Shown: piece after piece, positions 57,930 through 64,000 of the stretch
Layout of the letters: the number at the start of each line of letters is the position of its first letter
How positions within the stretch are numbered: the stretch's first letter is position 1
Assembly: GCA_016186145.1 (NCBI GenBank)
Contig: JACPMF010000002.1
Coordinates: forward strand, 18,473-82,472
Length of the DNA: 64,000 nt
Direction of reading: 5' to 3'
From: Candidatus Sungiibacteriota bacterium
Lineage (GTDB): Bacteria; Patescibacteriota; Minisyncoccia; Sungbacterales; SURF-37
The notes under the pieces: model-generated
Told to the model about the DNA's origin: nothing
Databases searched by the model: none
Seen by the model: only the letters and a program-made list of their open reading frames with translations
Translations under genes and position numbers: made by a program

Positions 57930-59051
57930 CTACACCACTTCCCGATATGTATCGGGGTCGTCGGCATTAAAAATTTCATTGATCCAAAACAAGGTTACTA
58001 AGGGCTCTTTTCCTATATTTGTTATATTATGGGCGCAAAAACGGGGCATATCAATAAAAACCGGATTATCGCCACTCACTTTGTAAACGCTAACTTCCTT
58101 GGTGAAAAGCCGCCTGATACGTATTTCTGCCTCGCCTTTTATAACGCAAAATCTTTCAATCTTTCTGGTATGATAGTGATTTCCCCGCGTCATTCCGGGT
58201 TCGGTAAAAGAAAAAAATACATGTCCGCCCTGATGCGAACCCGCAATCTCAAAAAGCGAGCCGCGTTCATCTTTTCGTTCGCCAAGCTTAACAGGAAAAT
58301 TTTCAATCCATAAATAAGAAAGCAGGGTCGCAAAAAGATTATATTCCAAATCGCTCTTGAAACGCGGAAAAACATTGCGGAAATAATCATCTCTAAAGCT
58401 CGTCAAAGTATCATATAGCTCCCCCACTTTAACTTCTTGACTCTCAACCGCAATATCGCCGCATTGAGGATTACAAATAAGATTGTAAATAATTCGCGCC
58501 GCGTCTTGCGCATAAATGAGGGGCAATACGGCTTCTTTGTTGACCTCTGACTTTTCGCGATGCGCCAGCTGATAACAAAATGTCGCTACCGCTGAATTAT
58601 ATAAAGGGTTGGCAAATTCTCCGAAAATGTTTGGAAAAATGAGATTTGCCGTTTTCGCACTATTTCTTTGAGCCCAATCCCTAAGAAGTTCTCCGCTATC
58701 GCGTTTAGAGCGGCCATAGGTAGTATCGCGATGAACGTGAGTAGAAGAAGAATATATGATAAAAGGACTTGCTCCGGCCTTCTCACAAGCGTTAATCAAA
58801 TTTTTGGTAAGCCCAGTGTTCGTTTCATAAATCTCTGAATCGCCCCCTCTATTTAAACCGGCGAGGTGCACTATAACGTCGGAATTTTTAACAAAATCCG
58901 CAAGTTTTGTCTGATCCTGAAAAAATGACCGTTCAAACGGTACTACCTCCATGTCAGGATGGGACAGGAAAAAACAGCAAAGATGCCATCCCAAAAATCC
59001 GCTATTTCCGGTGATTCCCACCTTTATGGGTTTCGAGTTCTTGTTTGACAT
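57930..59051 (-). CDS. fnlB: FnlB/WbjC/CapF reductase with C-terminal cupin
   Basis: GNSGFLG, YNSAVATFC, DERG, RGNHYH. Confidence 0.85.
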   Translation of the reverse strand: MSNKNSKPIKVGITGNSGFLGWHLCCFFLSHPDMEVVPFERSFFQDQTKLADFVKNSDVIVHLAGLNRGGDSEIYETNTGLTKNLINACEKAGASPFIIYSSSTHVHRDTTYGRSKRDSGELLRDWAQRNSAKTANLIFPNIFGEFANPLYNSAVATFCYQLAHREKSEVNKEAVLPLIYAQDAARIIYNLICNPQCGDIAVESQEVKVGELYDTLTSFRDDYFRNVFPRFKSDLEYNLFATLLSYLWIENFPVKLGERKDERGSLFEIAGSHQGGHVFFSFTEPGMTRGNHYHTRKIERFCVIKGEAEIRIRRLFTKEVSVYKVSGDNPVFIDMPRFCAHNITNIGKEPLVTLFWINEIFNADDPDTYREVV

Positions 59052-60024
59052 AATCAAGGGAACGAAGCAAATCCTCGGTTTCTTTGGGAGAGAGCCGTTT
59101 GGTGTTTTCCGACGTGTAATCCTCCGGAGCCGAATGAAATTCTCCTTTATCAAAAAAGCGGCTATAATCATAATTCCCGTCAGCCGAGTTTCTGATTCTG
59201 AAATATTCACCGAGGTCTTCGGCTCTGGCGTGTTCCAGGCCGGTCATTAAAACCTCATGTATTTTTTCTCCGGCCCGAATCCCAACCACATTCACCCCCG
59301 CACTCGAACTGAAAATGTTAAGCGCGGCTTTTGCAACATCTTGAACAACAGAAGCGGGAGATTTGCGTATGAATATATCTCCGTGTTCTCCATGAGAAAC
59401 CGCTGTTTTGACAAGACCAATTGAGTCATCCAGAGACAACATAAACCTCGTCATGTTTGGGTTGGTGATTGTCAACGGCCGCCCGGCCTTAATCTGCTCT
59501 ATGAACAAAGGAATGACCGATCCGCGGGAGGCCATTACATTTCCGTAACGAACCGCGCAAAATACGGTATTGCTCTTTTTGTTTACGCGCGATGCCATCA
59601 ATTTCTCTGCCATGGCCTTGGACATGCCCATCGCGTTTATAGGATATACAGCCTTATCAGTGCTTAGAAGCACCACCTTTTTTACCCCCTGTTCTTCGGC
59701 CGCCCTAAATATGTTCTCCGTACCAAAAATATTTGTCCGCACCATCTCCATAGGAAAAAATTCTCCGGTTGGAACTTGCTTCAAAGCCGCGGCATGAAAA
59801 ATTACGTCTACTCCATGAACAGCCTGGGTAACACTTTCGCGCTCCCTCACATCCCCGATGATGAAACGTATTTTTTCGCTTCTGAAGTGATTTCTTAAAT
59901 CATGCTGCTTTTTCTCGTCTCGCGAAAAAACCGTAATTTCAGTTACGGTCGGATCTTCAATAAAATGTTTAAGCGCGGCACTGCCGAAAGAACCGGTGCC
60001 GCCGGTAATAAGCAGTTTTGACAT
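59002..60024 (-). CDS. fnlA: UDP-GlcNAc 4,6-dehydratase (FnlA/WbjB/CapE)
   Basis: TGGTGSFG, SRDEKKQ, AALKQVP, STDKAVYP, YGNVMASRGS. Confidence 0.9.
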   Translation of the reverse strand: MSKLLITGGTGSFGSAALKHFIEDPTVTEITVFSRDEKKQHDLRNHFRSEKIRFIIGDVRERESVTQAVHGVDVIFHAAALKQVPTGEFFPMEMVRTNIFGTENIFRAAEEQGVKKVVLLSTDKAVYPINAMGMSKAMAEKLMASRVNKKSNTVFCAVRYGNVMASRGSVIPLFIEQIKAGRPLTITNPNMTRFMLSLDDSIGLVKTAVSHGEHGDIFIRKSPASVVQDVAKAALNIFSSSAGVNVVGIRAGEKIHEVLMTGLEHARAEDLGEYFRIRNSADGNYDYSRFFDKGEFHSAPEDYTSENTKRLSPKETEDLLRSLDYVKQELETHKGGNHRK

Positions 60025-60067
60025 GACTATTACTTGGTACTCTGCAGGCAAGCAAAAGGCAACAAGA

Positions 60068-60904
60068 CTACTGCTTTGAACGGATATAATTTAGTTCGGT
60101 TTCAACAGCTTTCTTGACAGCCGGGTCGAGCGCTGCCTCTGCCGCGACAAGCGCTTTTTCAAAGTATTCAATGGCTTTTGCGTAATTCTTTTGATCCCGG
60201 TAAAAGGCCCCGATTTCGGCGAAAAGATATACCTCCGTATGCGGAATTTTATCAAGAGCGGAAAGAAGTATTGTCTCGGCTTTCTCCGGGGTCTTTAATA
60301 CATCCTCATAAAAGTTGGCAAGACCTCTATAATAATCAAAATTATACGGATTTAAGCGCAAGGCCGACTTATAATTTTCCTCGGCTTTCATCGGGTCTTT
60401 CAGTTCGTAACCGTAAAGTTCGCCAAGATTAAAATAGGCAGTGGGACTGTCCGGGCTCACTATTTTCGCGTACTCCCACGCATCCCGCGTTCCAATATAG
60501 TTACTGAAAAGTTTTTTGATATAGGCAATTCCGAGCCACGCGTCATAATTTCTCGGGTTTTTCTCAAGGCGTTCGGCGATTTCCGCAAGATTTTTTTGAT
60601 ATTTTTCAATATACAAAACGCCAACTGACGCGGCAGCTTGGGGGGAGGGATTTAACTCGCGAATCGGCTCACCGGTGTATGACGGCAAGGACATTTGCTG
60701 ATCTGCTTCTCCGGCAGGCAGTATCTTAAGCTCCGGATCCACGCCTTCTCCGCCAATTGAGCTTGTAGCCAGCCCTGGCGTTTCAAACACAACTTCTGAA
60801 GCACTTTCTTGTCTCCAAAAAACAAAAAAATAAAAACCGGTGATGCCTAGAAGCAACACTATGATTCCTATGGCTAGATAATGATAAAAACCGAATTTTT
60901 GCAT
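60068..60904 (-). CDS. Membrane-anchored TPR protein
   Basis: N-terminal TM helix; TPR-like repeats. Confidence 0.8.
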   Translation of the reverse strand: MQKFGFYHYLAIGIIVLLLGITGFYFFVFWRQESASEVVFETPGLATSSIGGEGVDPELKILPAGEADQQMSLPSYTGEPIRELNPSPQAAASVGVLYIEKYQKNLAEIAERLEKNPRNYDAWLGIAYIKKLFSNYIGTRDAWEYAKIVSPDSPTAYFNLGELYGYELKDPMKAEENYKSALRLNPYNFDYYRGLANFYEDVLKTPEKAETILLSALDKIPHTEVYLFAEIGAFYRDQKNYAKAIEYFEKALVAAEAALDPAVKKAVETELNYIRSKQ

Positions 60905-60949
60905 CGAAATAATAGTAGCAAAATAGACGTTTCTCTGCAATAACAAGTA

Positions 60950-60987
60950 CTAAAACAAGGCCGGGCGATCGCCCGGCCTTGTTTTAG
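60950..60987. repeat. Perfect 38-bp palindrome
   Basis: CTAAAACAAGGCCGGGCGA|TCGCCCGGCCTTGTTTTAG. Confidence 0.85.
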
Positions 60988-61021
60988 ATGGTAATACTTT
61001 TCTAAGGAATAGCCCCCAACA

Positions 61022-61050
61022 CAAAATCCCGCCGGAGAGGCGGGATTTTG
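61022..61050 (-). terminator. Terminator of the S-layer-like gene
   Basis: CAAAATCCCGCC-ggaga-GGCGGGATTTTG. Confidence 0.75.
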
Positions 61051-61066
61051 CTCTAGTCACAAGGAT

Positions 61067-61105
61067 CCATTCGACAAGCTCAGAACCCTGAACCGTATCG
61101 AAGGG
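61067..61105. repeat. REP-like TTCGACAAGCTCAG...CTGAACCGTATCGAA element
   Basis: Imperfect inverted repeat just after the stop codon. Confidence 0.6.
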
Positions 61106-61112
61106 AACTAGA

Positions 61113-64000
61113 TTAGAACGAGAACGACTGTGCTGTTGCGCCTGATGACGGAAGACCGGGGACGAGGAAGCCGTTATACCAGTCAGGACCGCCGTCTCCG
61201 GTTGCTCCAGTATGGGTAGAAGTCGAGTTGCCAGACCAAATGAAGTCGTTGCCTGGATACTTAGCATCAAGGTCGTTGTTTCCGTTAGTTCCAGAAACAG
61301 CGGCGCTCATTGTGGTTGACGCGTCTATGACTCCTCCGGGGCGGGCAAACGGATAATCCGCTACGAGAGCATTGGTTGTTCCAGCAGTAAATCCGGTATC
61401 CTGTACGGTCTCGCTGGTTTCACCAATATTTATGTCTACCCATGTCGGGTCGCCCATCAGCTGAACCGTCGCGCTGTCTCCGCTTGAATTTGCTCCAGAC
61501 ACTGTTCCCTTAAGCTCAAAGTAATACGTTGAGCCGGCAGGAATGTGGATGGCTTCCGGATCAGCGCTTGTCGGAGCTGCCGGGTTAAAGTGAATTGCAA
61601 AGTCAGAGGTAGTCGAGCGGTTAAGCGCCGTCTTGTTGCCTTGAACTGTGAAGAGCGTTGTACCGCTGTTCAACTGCCCATCGGCAGAATAGGCGCCGCC
61701 TGAGAAGCCGGAACTGGTGTAGGCGAACAATTTCAAGCTCGTAACGGTTAGGTCGTTTCCTATGCCGGTCGTTGCGATATTGAAGAGGAACTTGTAGAGC
61801 GAAACGCCGTTTGTTCCCGCAGGGGATGCCACCGAGAAGCGATAAAGAACTTTATCGGTCCCGTTGACAAGAGCGTTTGATGGCACGGAAAGCGCGGTAA
61901 GCGTCGGATAGCCGCGTACAACACGAACACCAGCGGATGCGGTACTTGCAGAAGTTGATTCAATGTTCTGCGATGAACCCTGGCCAACTGCATAAGTGTA
62001 ACCAAGACCAGAGCCTCCGTTTGATACCTGCAAGTCAACCGAAACCAAGTGACCCGGCCTGCCCGCCTCGTCAACACCGATAGGCGACAGCAAGCCTTTG
62101 ATCGTCATCAGCTTATCTCCATTCTTCGGAACTACGAAACCATTGACCGTAGTGACAAGACCCGTGTCAGAAGAAGTTGCAGTGATCTCGCCAACCTTTG
62201 TCGCGCCATCCCATAGCGTGATTTTTTGTAGATCAGATGGTGTGTTAGACGCGGTATTGGTGATTTGCAAGAGAATCTGCTTAACGTCCATAGCTTCATT
62301 TGTAGCGGTGAAGCGAAACACAGCAAGATTCACCTCTTCACCGGCTTGCGCCATGCGGACTGCCGGGCTTGAACCGTCAAGCGTAACAGCGAGCGAACCT
62401 GACGCGGCCATGGTCATGATGTTCGTAACGGAAGATGAAGCCACTGAAGCAGTAACACTGTTCCCGGAAGTCATACCGGTCGCGCCAAAGGTCTCGTTGT
62501 TGGAGAAAGACCACATACCTTGTCCGGCATCTCCGGAAGCAAGGGTATCGCACTTCAAAGCAATCGTCTTAATGGTTCCTTTCGGAACAATCAAGGCGTT
62601 GTCAAAAGTGAATGTCTGATCGCCCTCGCCGGTCGCGTTAACAGCATTTGAACCTGTTGTCAATGATACCGTACCGTCATAAAGACTGCAGTTCTTAACC
62701 TCATTGCCGTCAAAACCAAAGAGCTGCGCTTGAGCTGATGTAATGCGAATATCTTCTCCGGAGCCGGTTACGTCAAAGATGAGGTTAGCAAAAGTAAATG
62801 CTGTTGTACCGCGAATTACGGTTTGCGCGGTTGGCGTATTGCCAATGGAAACCGTGAGTGCGGCAGTCTTTACAGTCATCGAGTTACCGGTTACCGTTCC
62901 GACGTTTGCCGGAGTAATGGTTACTCCGGATGTTCTTCCAACACCGGAAGTCCAGTCGGATGAAGGCGTGCTCGATGCCGAAACCAAACGGTTGTTATCA
63001 AAGTCAGTTGAAAGCTTACCTTTCAAGAAGTAAGTCTTCTTGCCAACTGGAAATTCAACCGCATCGGTAAAGGTAATAGTCGCTTCGGCATCAGTAGTAC
63101 CGGAACCATCTTTCGGACCCGCTACTGCATTTCCCGCTTCGTCATAAAGCGTAACGTTCGTGAAGTCAGCTTCGGTAACACTGCTGTCGTTAGCATTCGC
63201 TGAAACCCTGAAGACAATGCTTGAGAATGTAACTGCTTCTCCTTTTACATCAACATCAAACGCACCAAGGGGCTGGTCGTTAAGGTTAACTGCGATATTT
63301 TGCGCAGCGCCTCCGGAAGCGGTCGATTTAGACACCGTAACAGTGCCCTGACCAACCTTCACGGTAAAGCCGCGGAATGCCGGTTCAGTGTCGGACGAAA
63401 GCGCGCCATTCGCAACGCTTCCGGCTGTGGCAGTACCACCTCCCGGTTTAACGCCGAATCCAAACTGTTTGCCTTTTACGTCAAGGTCGGTATCGCGGAA
63501 AAGTTGAAACTCAATATCCCTATTGGTTCCGCCGACAAGATCGCCCTTAACATAAATCTCGGCTTGATTGCCTTTGGTAAGGGTCACGCCGTCTCCAAAT
63601 TTAGCAGTATAATATTTGCCGTCAGAAGAAACGGTAGTTGGATATTCAGTTGTGTCAAGAATAACTTTGACATTACCTAAATCGCCCGCACCGATAGAAC
63701 CGGCTTGATACCAACTAATTGACTTAACGCTGAGATCTTCAGCCGCACCCGCAGTCAAACGAAGGGCTGCGAATTTGTATCCAGTGTCTCCGATATTTTT
63801 CGCGGATGAAGTTGCTGCTGCTCCCGGGTCATTTACACCTCGTGTCAAATCAACCGATCCAATAGTCAGCGTGCTGTTCATCGTGATCTGCGAGCCGCGA
63901 ATCGGAAGCGTTCCGGTCAATGGAGAAGTCGCATCAATTGCGACAACATCAAAGCTCAAAACGTTTCCTGCCTCGTTTGCTGCAGGACGATTGAACGCTA
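61113..64000 (-). CDS. Large S/T/G-rich surface (S-layer-like) protein, 5' end beyond the window
   Basis: Frame is open to the window edge; repeated beta-sandwich-like modules; C-terminal WYNGFLVPGLP. Confidence 0.75.
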   Translation of the reverse strand, partial: AFNRPAANEAGNVLSFDVVAIDATSPLTGTLPIRGSQITMNSTLTIGSVDLTRGVNDPGAAATSSAKNIGDTGYKFAALRLTAGAAEDLSVKSISWYQAGSIGAGDLGNVKVILDTTEYPTTVSSDGKYYTAKFGDGVTLTKGNQAEIYVKGDLVGGTNRDIEFQLFRDTDLDVKGKQFGFGVKPGGGTATAGSVANGALSSDTEPAFRGFTVKVGQGTVTVSKSTASGGAAQNIAVNLNDQPLGAFDVDVKGEAVTFSSIVFRVSANANDSSVTEADFTNVTLYDEAGNAVAGPKDGSGTTDAEATITFTDAVEFPVGKKTYFLKGKLSTDFDNNRLVSASSTPSSDWTSGVGRTSGVTITPANVGTVTGNSMTVKTAALTVSIGNTPTAQTVIRGTTAFTFANLIFDVTGSGEDIRITSAQAQLFGFDGNEVKNCSLYDGTVSLTTGSNAVNATGEGDQTFTFDNALIVPKGTIKTIALKCDTLASGDAGQGMWSFSNNETFGATGMTSGNSVTASVASSSVTNIMTMAASGSLAVTLDGSSPAVRMAQAGEEVNLAVFRFTATNEAMDVKQILLQITNTASNTPSDLQKITLWDGATKVGEITATSSDTGLVTTVNGFVVPKNGDKLMTIKGLLSPIGVDEAGRPGHLVSVDLQVSNGGSGLGYTYAVGQGSSQNIESTSASTASAGVRVVRGYPTLTALSVPSNALVNGTDKVLYRFSVASPAGTNGVSLYKFLFNIATTGIGNDLTVTSLKLFAYTSSGFSGGAYSADGQLNSGTTLFTVQGNKTALNRSTTSDFAIHFNPAAPTSADPEAIHIPAGSTYYFELKGTVSGANSSGDSATVQLMGDPTWVDINIGETSETVQDTGFTAGTTNALVADYPFARPGGVIDASTTMSAAVSGTNGNNDLDAKYPGNDFIWSGNSTSTHTGATGDGGPDWYNGFLVPGLPSSGATAQSFSF

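Noticed and set aside
1-64000. TGA recoding (code 25), tRNA/rRNA genes, canonical IS transposases, prophage
   Set aside because: TGA terminates many full-length genes, including ATGA overlaps; no such RNA genes, transposase or phage hallmark proteins were recognised by eye.

Overview
A ~60-kb surface-glycan biosynthesis locus from a bacterium using genetic code 11. Gene style (O-antigen-ligase/TPR fusion, large S-layer-like protein, lamin-tail/PKD protein, small stand-alone GIY-YIG and four-helix-bundle genes, palindromic micro-repeats) suggests CPR/Patescibacteria (Parcubacteria-like); this is inference. The mostly minus-strand cluster encodes nonulosonic-acid enzymes (2x NeuA, 2x NeuB, NeuC, SDR, Gfo/Idh/MocA), UDP-FucNAc synthesis (FnlABC-like), many glycosyl- and methyltransferases, a flippase, and a sulfation module with a three-domain pyruvate kinase-ATP sulfurylase-APS kinase fusion. 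Four layers of small, apparently mobile DNA are threaded through it. (1) Transposase-less (T/C)CCC...GGG(A/G) inverted-repeat elements with 4-bp TTCA/TCAA target duplications; three sit exactly on start codons and regenerate them, and two carry a GIY-YIG nuclease. (2) A four-helix-bundle gene flanked by inverted 7-mer arrays and a 10-bp start-codon duplication, plus several gene-less inverted 7/8-mer hairpins at other gene junctions. (3) 30-bp palindromes inserted in frame inside enzymes. (4) An array of three self-contained mini-gene cassettes separated by ~48-bp repeats. All calls were made by eye from sequence and motifs; no database searches were run.
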